The notes under the pieces are model-generated. The model did not search any database. It had not been told where the DNA came from and saw only the letters and a program-made list of their open reading frames with translations. A stretch of 32,000 nt of DNA from Polynucleobacter sp. KF022. Its GTDB lineage: Bacteria; Pseudomonadota; Gammaproteobacteria; Burkholderiales; Burkholderiaceae. Location of the stretch: contig NZ_AP026972.1 in NCBI RefSeq assembly GCF_027924105.1, positions 1,439,367 through 1,471,366 on the forward strand, read 5' to 3'. Position numbers and translations under genes: made by a program. This document shows, one piece after another, positions 1 to 8,815 of the stretch; positions within the stretch are counted from its first letter, which is position 1; every line of letters begins with the position of its first letter.

Positions 1-379
1 GATGTTGAGCATGCATCTTATCTTTATCGCCCTTAGTAATTCCTAGAAGCCCATATAAGCCCCAGCCATTTTCACGACGCCTATCGATGTAGGGACTAAA
101 CCATTTGGCAGGGTAATACTCATAAGCAGGTTGATATTCTTTTGCTAACTCGGGATTGACGGCAATACCGTCATATGCCGCACACACTTTTTCGCACAAG
201 TCTTTGAGAGCATTGCCTTCTAGGACATAGACTTTCCAGGGCTGAGTATTGGTGCCAGAAGGTGCGCGCGCAGAGATGTTGAGTAATTTGAGAATGACCT
301 CTTTTGAAACATTCTCTTTTGTGAATGCTCGCACTGACATGCGCGATGTAATTGCCTCAGCTGGAGTTAATGCTTTCAT
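1..379 (-). CDS. nitroreductase family protein (N-terminal part; gene runs off the left edge)
   Basis: My own translation of the minus strand from the ATG at 379-377 gives MKALTPAEAITSRMSVRAFTKENVSKEVILKLLNISARAPSGTNTQPWKVYVLEG... This is the classic FMN-nitroreductase N-terminus (RxF ... SxxNxQPW). The gene is absent from the ORF track because the window truncates it. It starts 33 nt after the stop of the YcaO gene on the same strand. Confidence 0.75.
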   Translation of the reverse strand, partial: MKALTPAEAITSRMSVRAFTKENVSKEVILKLLNISARAPSGTNTQPWKVYVLEGNALKDLCEKVCAAYDGIAVNPELAKEYQPAYEYYPAKWFSPYIDRRRENGWGLYGLLGITKGDKDKMHAQH

Positions 380-412
380 CACCGACCTTTGAAAGTTGAA
401 TATATTGATTAC

Positions 413-2608
413 TTAAAGACTCTTCTTAGCCCGCGCCTGATGCAACTTTCTATAGCTGTCAATCAGACGATGATGTCTATCAAGACCCTCCAGCCCCATA
501 CTGGTTGGCGTTAACCCAAAGAAACGAACGCTGCCATCGATAGAGCCAAGCACGGCATCCATACGCGCATCGCCATACATCCGGCGGAAGTTCACTTCGT
601 AATCAGCCATTTCAAGCTTATTGTCTAGCAAGACTTCCAGGGCTGCATCCATTGCCTGGTAAAACAATTTGCGCTCGACCGTATTGTCGTTGTACTGCAA
701 AAAGGCACCCACTAAGTCATGCGCCTCTTCATACTGTTTCAAAGCGAGTTGAATCAGCAGCTTTAATTCAAGCACTGTTAACTGACCCCAAACGGTATTT
801 TCGTCAAACTCGATTCCGATAAGCGTAGCGATGTCACCGTAATCATCAAGCTCATTATTTTCTAAGCGCTCGAGCAGGGATGCTAAGCGTGCATCCTCTA
901 AAGAGGATAAATTCAGTATGTCATCACGGAATAACAGTGCCTTATTAGTGTTATCCCACACAAGATCTTCAATTGGGTAGACCTCAGAATATCCTGGCAC
1001 CAAAATTCGGCAGGCAGTTGCCCCTAACTCGTCATATACCGCTACATAAACTTCTTTACCGAGCTCTTTGAGGATGCCAAATAAAGTTTCGGCTTCTTTA
1101 GCATTAGAATCTTCGCCCTTGCTCGAAAAATCCCAATCTACAAATTCACAATCTGACTTTGCGCTAAAGAAACGCCAAGACACAATGCCGCTGGAGTCAA
1201 TAAAGTGTTCTACAAAGTTATTAGGCTCAGTTACCGCTTCACTTGCAAATGTAGGTGGTGGCAAATCGTTCAGACCCTCCAAGCTACGACCTTGCAATAA
1301 CTCCGTCAGACTTCGCTCTAGAGCAACTTCTAAGCTAGGGTGCGCACCAAAAGAGGCAAATACGCCGCCCGTGCGAGGATTCATCAAGGTGACGCACATT
1401 ACTGGATAGACCCCACCTAGTGATGCATCCTTTACTAGCACCGGAAAGCCTTGCTCTTCTAGACTTTGAATGCCAGCCAAAATACCGGGATATCTCGCCA
1501 ATACTTCCTGAGGCACATCTGGGAGTGCTATTTCACTTTCGAGTATTTCTCGTTTAACTGCTCTCTCAAAGATTTCTGAAAGACATTGAACTTGGGCTTC
1601 AGCAAGCGTATTACCTGCACTCATACCATTACTAACGAAGAGATTTTCAATCAAGTTCGAGGGGAAGTAGACTATCTTGCCATCGGATTGACGAACATAA
1701 GGCAATGAACAGATGCCGCGCTGCGCATTACCAGAATTGGTATCCAATAAATGTGATGCGCGCAACTCACCGTCTGGGTTATAGATTTTTAGACAGTACT
1801 CATCCAGAATTTCTGTCGGCAACGCATCCTTCTTCCCGGGCTTAAACCATTGTTCGTTGGGGTAATGCACGAATGCTGCATTAGCAATATCCTCACCCCA
1901 GTAAGCGCCGGCATAAAAATGGTTATTGCTAAGACGTTCAATGTATTCGCCCAAAGCAGATGCCAGCGCACTCTCCTTGGTAGAGCCTTTGCCATTGGTA
2001 AAACACATTGGTGAGTGTGCATCGCGAATATGCAGGGACCAGACATTGGGGATGAGGTTGCGCCATGAGGCGATCTCAATCTTGATGCCGAGATTTGCGA
2101 GCAATGCCGACATATTGGCAATCGTTTCTTCCAAAGGAAGATCTTTACCAACAATATGGGTGCTAGTTCCAGCATTGGGTTTTAGAGTCAGCAGGCTCTG
2201 TGCATCGGCGTCTAGATTTGCGACTTCTTCAATAACAAACTCAGGTCCTTCCTGCACTACCTTCTTGACTGTACAACGCTCGATAGAGCGCAAAATACCT
2301 TGACGGTCCGCAGCAGAAATATCTGCTGGCAATTCAACTTGAATCTTAAAGATCTGTTTATAGCGATTCTCTGGATCAATAATATTATTTTGCGAGAGGC
2401 GAATATTCTCAGTAGATAAATTACGAGTCTCACAGTACAACTTCACAAAGTAAGCGGCGCATAACGCCGATGAAGCCAAGAAATAATCAAACGGCCCTGG
2501 CGCAGAACCATCACCCTTGTATCGAATGGGTTGATCGGCAATTACCGTAAAGTCATCGAACTTAGCTTCAAGACGCAACTTGTCGAGAAAATTGACCTTA
2601 ATTTCCAT
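413..2608 (-). CDS. OsmC-domain / YcaO-domain fusion protein with helical C-terminal region
   Basis: The track ORF is 413..2632. I prefer the internal Met (MEIKVNFLD...) at 2608, which is the usual start of an OsmC domain. The N-terminus has OsmC/Ohr-like Cys contexts (SALCAAYF, SIERCTVKK). A YcaO signature follows (STKESALASALGEYIERLSNNHFYA). The repeat-like helical tail gives a length consistent with OsmC (~140 aa) plus an E. coli-type YcaO (~590 aa). Confidence 0.85.
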   Translation of the reverse strand: MEIKVNFLDKLRLEAKFDDFTVIADQPIRYKGDGSAPGPFDYFLASSALCAAYFVKLYCETRNLSTENIRLSQNNIIDPENRYKQIFKIQVELPADISAADRQGILRSIERCTVKKVVQEGPEFVIEEVANLDADAQSLLTLKPNAGTSTHIVGKDLPLEETIANMSALLANLGIKIEIASWRNLIPNVWSLHIRDAHSPMCFTNGKGSTKESALASALGEYIERLSNNHFYAGAYWGEDIANAAFVHYPNEQWFKPGKKDALPTEILDEYCLKIYNPDGELRASHLLDTNSGNAQRGICSLPYVRQSDGKIVYFPSNLIENLFVSNGMSAGNTLAEAQVQCLSEIFERAVKREILESEIALPDVPQEVLARYPGILAGIQSLEEQGFPVLVKDASLGGVYPVMCVTLMNPRTGGVFASFGAHPSLEVALERSLTELLQGRSLEGLNDLPPPTFASEAVTEPNNFVEHFIDSSGIVSWRFFSAKSDCEFVDWDFSSKGEDSNAKEAETLFGILKELGKEVYVAVYDELGATACRILVPGYSEVYPIEDLVWDNTNKALLFRDDILNLSSLEDARLASLLERLENNELDDYGDIATLIGIEFDENTVWGQLTVLELKLLIQLALKQYEEAHDLVGAFLQYNDNTVERKLFYQAMDAALEVLLDNKLEMADYEVNFRRMYGDARMDAVLGSIDGSVRFFGLTPTSMGLEGLDRHHRLIDSYRKLHQARAKKSL

Positions 2609-2701
2609 GGGAATGATTCCAAAATAGTGCAAATAATGATGTGAGCACCATTATCCATCGCAATGGCCTTAAGGCGCTGGCACTACTTCAGGTTACTGAA
2701 A

Positions 2702-3355
2702 TCAGTCTAATAAGTGGCCGGTCTTCACAAAAATCGTGCAGCCTTCTTTACTAAAGGGCTGATGTAGGCTCATATGAGGACTTCTAATCCAGGAGCCAGC
2801 CGGGTAGCGCCCATGCTCATCTTCAAATACACCATCCACCACAAAAATTTCTTCGCCACCATAATGTTTATGGGGATTGAAATAGGTTTGAGGTGCCCAT
2901 CGCACTAAAGTCGATCCACTACCCTGCGTCATCAGCGGCATCACATTGAGGCCAGGAACCATTCCCTGAAACCAAGGGGCAGTTTTCGTATTCACTATCT
3001 CTCGCTTGACTTGATACGGGCCAAGATGACGCAACTTCACAAAAAGCGTACAGCCAGACTGGCTAAATGATGCATGAGAAGATCCAGGCGGATTCATCAT
3101 ATAAGTGCCTGCTGGATAGTCGCCAGTCTCATCACTAAATACGCCATCCAAAACGAATATCTCTTCACCCAATTCATGGGTATGCGCTTGAAATTGAGAT
3201 CCTGGTTGATAGCGAACAATTGAGGTTGCCTTTGCTACCTCATCACCCATGCGATCAAGCATGCGCCTCTCGACCCCCGGCTCTGGGCTAGGAACCCAAG
3301 GTAGGTCATGGTGGCTAATGACAACTCTCTTGCTGTAATCGGAGTGGATATTCAC
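2702..3355 (-). CDS. bicupin protein (two ChrR-like cupin repeats)
   Basis: The 217-aa ORF contains two internally similar halves. They are ...QFQAHTHELGEEIFVLDGVFSDETGDYPAGTYMMNPPGSSH... and ...YFNPHKHYGGEEIFVVDGVFEDEHGRYPAGSWIRSPHMSLH..., each with a cupin HxH...E / H metal-site pattern. Confidence 0.7.
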   Translation of the reverse strand: MNIHSDYSKRVVISHHDLPWVPSPEPGVERRMLDRMGDEVAKATSIVRYQPGSQFQAHTHELGEEIFVLDGVFSDETGDYPAGTYMMNPPGSSHASFSQSGCTLFVKLRHLGPYQVKREIVNTKTAPWFQGMVPGLNVMPLMTQGSGSTLVRWAPQTYFNPHKHYGGEEIFVVDGVFEDEHGRYPAGSWIRSPHMSLHQPFSKEGCTIFVKTGHLLD

Positions 3356-3506
3356 TTATTGCATTTCTCGTCTATAAACAAGAGTAAGCATAGCAAGCAA
3401 ATGAATGGTTTGCTTGAAAGAAAATTTTGCCGCGTACGCTCATACGTGATCTGCGCTAAAGTCTCCTCAATCTACTCCCATTCATTAAATGATTTAACAG
3501 GGCAAT

Positions 3507-4202
3507 ATGAGCTTACTTCCCAACCCCTTTCGCGCACTAGTTATTGGCTCTTCCGGCACCATAGGCTCTGCCTTCATGGATCTCTTGAAAGCCAACCCCG
3601 CATGCTCAGAGGTTGTCGGCATTCATCGCCACTCTGAATTCCCAATTGATTATCAAAATCTAGAATCTATTGAATCCTGTGCAGCTGCGCTCTCTCAAGT
3701 AGCGCCTTTTCAACTCATCATTAATACCATCGGGGTTTTACACACAAATCAGTGGATGCCTGAAAAAAGGCTAGATGACCTCAATGCCGAGCAGCTCATG
3801 GAGCTCATGACGGTCAATGCGATTGGTCCCGCACTCACTATTCGCCACTTCTCTAAACTACTTGATCCCAAAAATAGCATTATGGTTACACTATCAGCAA
3901 AAGTAGGCAGCATTGAAGATAACCGTCTTGGTGGTTGGTATAGCTATCGCGCCTCTAAGGCTGCACTCAATATGTTGGTGAAGACAACATCGATCGAATG
4001 GGGACGCACAAAGCCTAATACCGCCTTAATTGCCATGCACCCTGGTACGGTGAACTCCAGACTCTCAAAGCCATTTCGTGGTGAGCAGATTGGCAGGCCC
4101 GCCAATCAAGCCGCAGCTGAGATGTTTAATGTGATTGAGCATCTTCAAAAAGAAGATACAGGAAGCTTTCTGACTTATTCAGGTGAAAAGCTGCCTTGGT
4201 AA
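3507..4202 (+). CDS. short-chain dehydrogenase/reductase (SDR) family oxidoreductase
   Basis: An N-terminal Rossmann motif (VIGSSGTIGSAF) and a catalytic YxxxK (YSYRASKAALN). The 231-aa length is typical of SDRs. Confidence 0.8.
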   Translation: MSLLPNPFRALVIGSSGTIGSAFMDLLKANPACSEVVGIHRHSEFPIDYQNLESIESCAAALSQVAPFQLIINTIGVLHTNQWMPEKRLDDLNAEQLMELMTVNAIGPALTIRHFSKLLDPKNSIMVTLSAKVGSIEDNRLGGWYSYRASKAALNMLVKTTSIEWGRTKPNTALIAMHPGTVNSRLSKPFRGEQIGRPANQAAAEMFNVIEHLQKEDTGSFLTYSGEKLPW

Positions 4203-4226
4203 CGGAATAAACGCTTTTTTTAAACT

Positions 4227-5486
4227 TTAGGGCGCATTTAACCACTTTGATCGATAAGCGCCATCAGGATCATGATCCTGAGCTTGCTTCTTCACATTAA
4301 ATGGGCGCCCTCCGCGCGGATCTGTGCCTCGCCCTGCTATGTATAGCCAATTACCCTGGTTGCTATACACATCATAGTCAACCAACTGAGATTCAAACCA
4401 AGCAGCGCCAGCGCGCCAATCGCCTTTCATGTCATAAATCCAAAAACTTGCCACCACTTGACGCATACGATTGGATAAAAATCCAGTTTCTTGGAGCTCG
4501 CGCATCCCAGCATCAATAAAGTCCTCCCCCGTGCATCCAGAAGTCCATTGTTGAAATTTCTTTTCATCAAAGCTATTGAGCACTTTATCAACCAAACCTT
4601 GAGGTCGATAGCGTTTAATCCCATACTTAAAATGGAGAAAACGGAAATAGTCTCTCCACAATAATTCAAACCACAGCCAATAAGTTCCATCATTGGCGCC
4701 GTATGTTGACTCATAATTTTTTAACTTCTGCGCGATTGTTCTTGACGAGCAACAGCCAAAAGCTAACCATGGAGAAAACTTACTGGAATAATCCATACCG
4801 ATTAATTGATTACGAGTTTGCTTGTAGGTATCTGGCAAGCGACTCTCAAAGTACTGGTCTATATGGGCTAAAGCACTCAGTTCTCCACCATTAAAAAGAG
4901 ATTCGACTTGCTTGGCAAATAAACCTTCCTTTAGCTTAGTCGCAATACTCATCAGCGGCAATGGAGGAATGTGATCTGGAGTGGAAATCGGCTCTACATA
5001 GAAAAGATTTCTACGCTCAACCTCCTGGCGGAATTTAGTAAATACATCTGGCATTTCCCGCAAATCAAATGGCAAGTCCTTGGGATCAAGCATGCTTGAT
5101 TGCCAAAATTGCCTAATATTGAAACCCAGATTCTTGATTACATTTACCTCTGCAAGCTCTTCTGGGGCCTGGATTTGCTCGCAATATATAGTGTCGAATG
5201 GTGCTTGCTTCCCAAGCAATTGAAAAACCTCTGCAGGCTTGCCGTTGAACTCCAGCAAGGTTGACCCCTGAGTAATTAATTGATGGCGCAGTTCATGTAA
5301 AGATTGCTGTAAAAATTCCCTTGAGTGTCTGGCAAATCGAGGAAATCCCCAACTAGTCAGATCATCATTGCTATTCGGATGAATATAGATTGGTAAAAGA
5401 TAATTAGCGGATGCGCATGCCTCCTTAAATCCGGGGTTATCTCCCAACCGAAGATCATTTCTAAACCAATAGACGATGGTAGACAT
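4227..5486 (-). CDS. cryptochrome DASH / photolyase-family protein
   Basis: The N-terminus WFRNDLRLGDNPGF and the FAD-binding-domain motifs TGEDFIDAGMRELQETGFLSNRMRQVVASFW and YFESQLVDYDVYSNQGNWLY are typical of the Cry-DASH/photolyase family. Confidence 0.85.
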   Translation of the reverse strand: MSTIVYWFRNDLRLGDNPGFKEACASANYLLPIYIHPNSNDDLTSWGFPRFARHSREFLQQSLHELRHQLITQGSTLLEFNGKPAEVFQLLGKQAPFDTIYCEQIQAPEELAEVNVIKNLGFNIRQFWQSSMLDPKDLPFDLREMPDVFTKFRQEVERRNLFYVEPISTPDHIPPLPLMSIATKLKEGLFAKQVESLFNGGELSALAHIDQYFESRLPDTYKQTRNQLIGMDYSSKFSPWLAFGCCSSRTIAQKLKNYESTYGANDGTYWLWFELLWRDYFRFLHFKYGIKRYRPQGLVDKVLNSFDEKKFQQWTSGCTGEDFIDAGMRELQETGFLSNRMRQVVASFWIYDMKGDWRAGAAWFESQLVDYDVYSNQGNWLYIAGRGTDPRGGRPFNVKKQAQDHDPDGAYRSKWLNAP

Positions 5487-5494
5487 ACCGCTTC

Positions 5495-6889
5495 TTAACT
5501 AAGATGAATCACTTGGTTTTTATACTGTCCGGCTAGTGCTTTTTTAACGATCTTATAAATATCAAGATCGAATTCAGCATCGCCAGTACTTTTGAGCTCA
5601 ATCAACTCATCCTCATTTATGGCGGTACCCAAATAGCACCATTTATCCAAAACAATCATTTCTCCATTTTCTTTGATGGCTATTGGGCCCTTATAAGGCC
5701 AAACCTGCACTCTATATAACTCCATTGCCGTTCTTAACTGCAGATTATGCATTTCAGTTGGCATGATGCCAATGCACGCACCACCACATTGCTTCACTTG
5801 ATATCCAAAGCAGGCTTTTCCATCAACCGCTTTCTCAAGTCCAAGCAATACTTCGCATAAGCGATATTTTTTGGCAACTGCCTTGAGATATGAATTTGCC
5901 TCTCGTTTGTTATAAAACAAACCAAAAAGATTATCTTGAAGGCCTGGCATGAGATCTGCGTGATTCACAAGCGTTGGCTTTAGTACACCACTGGTATCTT
6001 TATCAAGACTCCAAGCACAAAGATCCCTTGAGCGACGAAGCTTGATATTCATACTAGGCATACGCTCTTTAATCAGCCTAGACTCCAATATCAAAGCTCC
6101 TAGTTCTCCACTAGTTTCAATCCAGTCAATATCTCTCACCTGTAAAGATAATTTCATTTCCTTGCGCTGGGTTAACGAGCCTTGAAAGTGCCCCATCACC
6201 CTACTGCGCAGGGAAATACTCTTCCCAATATATAAGGGGGTTCTATTTTCTCCGTAAAAGATATAGCACCCAGGCGCATCAGGTATCGAATCAATCAATT
6301 CCTGATCGATGTTCGGTGGCAGACTTGCATTTCCAATTAACTGATTAAGAGCTTCCAACAAGCGCTCCTTACCAACCGCCCTTTCGCAGATTTGCCAAAA
6401 CTGAAAAAGCAAGTCTGCATCGCCAAGCGCCCTATGTCTAGCGCTGACAGTCAAACTATGCTCACGAATGATAGTGTCTAGATTGTGACGAGCTTGGTTA
6501 GGAAATAGAAGTCTTGAGAGTTTGACGGTACACAAGACCTTGGGCTTGAAATCCAAGCCTATTCTTTTAAAAGAGGCCTTAATAAATCCATAATCAAATC
6601 GCGCGTTGTGGGCTACAAATATCTTACCTTCGAGCTCTGCCTTTAGGTCTCCGGCAATTTCTTCAAAGCCAGGTTTATCAGACACCATTTGCGGGGAGAT
6701 CCCAGTGAGTCTTTGAATATTTTGTGGAATATAGACATGGGGGTTGATTAAGCTCTCCCAGATAGCAACTCCGTTATTAGAAAGCGTTTTAATGCCTATT
6801 TCTGTAATGCGATCTCTGTCAAAATTCGAACCAGTTGTCTCGATATCAACAAAAGCAAGTGCTGGATAGTCGAACGATTGCTTATTCAT
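5495..6889 (-). CDS. DnaQ-like 3'-5' exonuclease fused to GIY-YIG (Cho/UvrC-N-like) nuclease domain
   Basis: Exo motifs I FVDIETTG, II VAHNARFDYGF and III HRALGDADL. A GIY-YIG module follows (GCYIFYGENRTPLYIGKSISLRSRVMGHF). The stop lies 8 nt upstream of the Cry-DASH start on the same strand. Confidence 0.8.
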   Translation of the reverse strand: MNKQSFDYPALAFVDIETTGSNFDRDRITEIGIKTLSNNGVAIWESLINPHVYIPQNIQRLTGISPQMVSDKPGFEEIAGDLKAELEGKIFVAHNARFDYGFIKASFKRIGLDFKPKVLCTVKLSRLLFPNQARHNLDTIIREHSLTVSARHRALGDADLLFQFWQICERAVGKERLLEALNQLIGNASLPPNIDQELIDSIPDAPGCYIFYGENRTPLYIGKSISLRSRVMGHFQGSLTQRKEMKLSLQVRDIDWIETSGELGALILESRLIKERMPSMNIKLRRSRDLCAWSLDKDTSGVLKPTLVNHADLMPGLQDNLFGLFYNKREANSYLKAVAKKYRLCEVLLGLEKAVDGKACFGYQVKQCGGACIGIMPTEMHNLQLRTAMELYRVQVWPYKGPIAIKENGEMIVLDKWCYLGTAINEDELIELKSTGDAEFDLDIYKIVKKALAGQYKNQVIHLS

Positions 6890-6939
6890 AACATTAGAGA
6901 ATCAGGCAATGGGGGTTACTAGCCCCCTCAACCTAAGCT

Positions 6940-7509
6940 TTAACTTGGACTGCGATCCAGAAAGTTTGCAAAGTCAAATACAGAATTAGGTCCACGCGGG
7001 ACATCTTCCACTTTTTTAAATTGCGCCTTCACCACTTTTTGAACCTCACCCTTTTGTCTTTTTTCTTTCTTAGAGTCAAGAGGAGCATAAACAGTTCTCT
7101 CGGGTGCTTTTTTTATATCACTAAAGCTGGGCACATAATCTTTGATAGTAGATGCCAAGGTGACGTTGGCCATACAACCAAGCATGTATGCTTCCAAGGA
7201 CTGGTAAAGCTCTTTGGCAATATCGGATAACTCAACTTTGCGCTTTTTAATGAGATTCATTGCCAGCACAATGTCTTTAATCGTAATTAAGCGAGGGTCT
7301 TGAGATAGCACGTAACCCCCTCTGCGACCTTTGGTTCCCCTAACAAAACCCGACTCCCTTAATGGTCGTAATAGAAGCTCAATCCGACTGATAGATAAAT
7401 TTTGCCTTTTAGCCAGCTCAGGAACGGGCACGGGTTGGCCATTAACCGAATGACTGGCAATATCTACTAGGGTATTCAGGGCGGCTTTTGCTGCTTTAGT
7501 GAGGTCCAT
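6940..7509 (-). CDS. Rrf2-family transcriptional regulator with long Lys-rich C-terminal tail
   Basis: A winged-helix region (VPELAKRQNLSISRIELLLRPLRESGFVRGTKGRRGGYVL) is typical of Rrf2/IscR-like proteins. There is only one Cys (LGCMANV), so the three-Cys Fe-S ligand set is absent. The gene lies 50 nt upstream of the exonuclease gene on the same strand. Confidence 0.75.
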   Translation of the reverse strand: MDLTKAAKAALNTLVDIASHSVNGQPVPVPELAKRQNLSISRIELLLRPLRESGFVRGTKGRRGGYVLSQDPRLITIKDIVLAMNLIKKRKVELSDIAKELYQSLEAYMLGCMANVTLASTIKDYVPSFSDIKKAPERTVYAPLDSKKEKRQKGEVQKVVKAQFKKVEDVPRGPNSVFDFANFLDRSPS

Positions 7510-7598
7510 TTTGAACTTAGCGGAAATGTTAGATTAGCTCTAGTATCAAACTGATTCCAACTTTATGCTGCGGCGCAATTCTTAACCCTATTTACCCT

Positions 7599-8090
7599 AT
7601 GGTTGAAAGTACTCAAGACCAATACCAATTTGCATATCGATTTTTGCGATTCATCTCCTACTTACTGTTGGGTGGAGTCATTGCACAATTGTTTAGCTGC
7701 TTAAGCGCTTACCTCTTTATTGGTGATACACAGGCGGCAGGCATGGTAGCGCACATAGTGATACAACATTTGTCTTATTACATATTAGGCTGCACTTTTA
7801 TTGTCTTGAGCCTTGCTAATGTGCTTATCAAAAGAGGTCGACATGACCTCAAGACAATTCGCATCCCCGCTCTCATGTTAATACTAGCTACATCAGCAAG
7901 CAGCTTCCTGTTAATACCGCGCATGGATTACTTACGAGAGACAGCATTGCTAGATGGCATGCCTGTAGCACTCTCGCCATTTGCCAATTACTTTGAGATT
8001 TTGAATGGATTGACCTTCATCTTGGTCGTAACTCAGATAGTTTGCTGCGGGCTAATGGCGTGGCGCCTTAGTAAGCCCCGCTCAGCCTAG
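7599..8090 (+). CDS. integral membrane protein (about 4 hydrophobic helices), family not recognised with confidence
   Basis: A 163-aa ORF with four long hydrophobic stretches. It is divergent from the Rrf2 gene. Confidence 0.55.
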   Translation: MVESTQDQYQFAYRFLRFISYLLLGGVIAQLFSCLSAYLFIGDTQAAGMVAHIVIQHLSYYILGCTFIVLSLANVLIKRGRHDLKTIRIPALMLILATSASSFLLIPRMDYLRETALLDGMPVALSPFANYFEILNGLTFILVVTQIVCCGLMAWRLSKPRSA

Positions 8091-8510
8091 GTAGCGTCTC
8101 ACCGAGGCAATCAGCGGCAACTGCTGCTCTTGCCTGATAAATTGGCCAATCTCCACGCGTAAGTTTGATTGGCTAATAAAAAATGTTTTTGCATCCTCAA
8201 GAGGGGTTTCTATTTTTGCCCACTGAGTATTAAATTCATAAATCTTTTCTTTATAGCCAATAAACTTTTTAACAATCAGGCGCTTACCGTCAATCTCAAT
8301 GGTCTCACTATCAAGAGCATGTCGGCAATAGATTAGAAATCCGATCGTTACCGCACCAATCTCAACAATCGTAAAAATTGGAATAACCCAGACCCCCGCC
8401 AAAAGAAAACCAATTGCTACTACAAAGGAGAGGCATACCAAAGCAATATAAAACTGCAGGAGCTGCTTCGGAGTCAGCGCACAGTTTCTTCGCATTTGCC
8501 AAATCTTCAT
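8082..8510 (-). CDS. small membrane protein, DUF2244-like (family name from memory)
   Basis: The first half has two adjacent TM helices (LQFYIALVCLSFVVAIGFLLAGVWVIPIFTIVEIGAVTIGFLIY). A soluble C-terminal half follows. The 3' end overlaps the convergent 7599..8090 ORF by 9 nt. Confidence 0.6.
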   Translation of the reverse strand: MKIWQMRRNCALTPKQLLQFYIALVCLSFVVAIGFLLAGVWVIPIFTIVEIGAVTIGFLIYCRHALDSETIEIDGKRLIVKKFIGYKEKIYEFNTQWAKIETPLEDAKTFFISQSNLRVEIGQFIRQEQQLPLIASVRRYLG

Positions 8511-8535
8511 ACCAAGTCCACTTACAGAGGATTAA

Positions 8536-8682
8536 TTACTTATTTTTTCGCTCATGGGCTTTTGCTAACTGGTCAGCGCTTCTTTGCTGAAAGTCGACCA
8601 TGCTGTGGTAACCCATCTGGTAGCACGGGCAATGCTTACCCAAGATCCAGCGGGCTAGCTTGATGCGTAGTTTTTGTACCAT
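8536..8682 (-). CDS. hypothetical small protein (48 aa), not in the ORF track
   Basis: My own translation gives MVQKLRIKLARWILGKHCPCYQMGYHSMVDFQQRSADQLAKAHERKNK. A GGAG Shine-Dalgarno lies about 8 nt upstream of the ATG (cttGGAGacccaaaATG). It sits in an otherwise empty 300-nt gap. Confidence 0.35.
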   Translation of the reverse strand: MVQKLRIKLARWILGKHCPCYQMGYHSMVDFQQRSADQLAKAHERKNK

Positions 8683-8815
8683 TTTGGGTCTCCAAGAATT
8701 GAACATCTAATGTAAACGGAAATTAGATTTACTGCAGGCCGTAGAGAAAAACACGGGGGATTTCAGTGGTGAGTGGTCATCAGCAAAAAGCATCCAAATC
8801 CATTACATTGATTAC

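Noticed and set aside
1068-2303. Track ORFs 1068..1409 (+), 1789..2175 (-) and 1926..2303 (+) inside the YcaO gene.
   Set aside because: They are antisense or out of frame within a 730-aa ORF that has clear OsmC and YcaO family motifs. Their translations are low-complexity with no motifs, so they are shadow ORFs.
2542-2658. A 38-codon minus-strand ORF (MDNGAHIIICTILESFPWKLRSIFSTSCVLKLSSMTLR) upstream of and overlapping the YcaO start. I considered it as a possible Cys/Ser/Thr-containing precursor peptide. I also considered the in-frame extension MHYFGIIP (2609..2632).
   Set aside because: It overlaps the OsmC-domain coding start out of frame and has only a weak AAGG upstream. I cannot check conservation. 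E. coli-type YcaO proteins are not known to need a precursor. This is too speculative to call.
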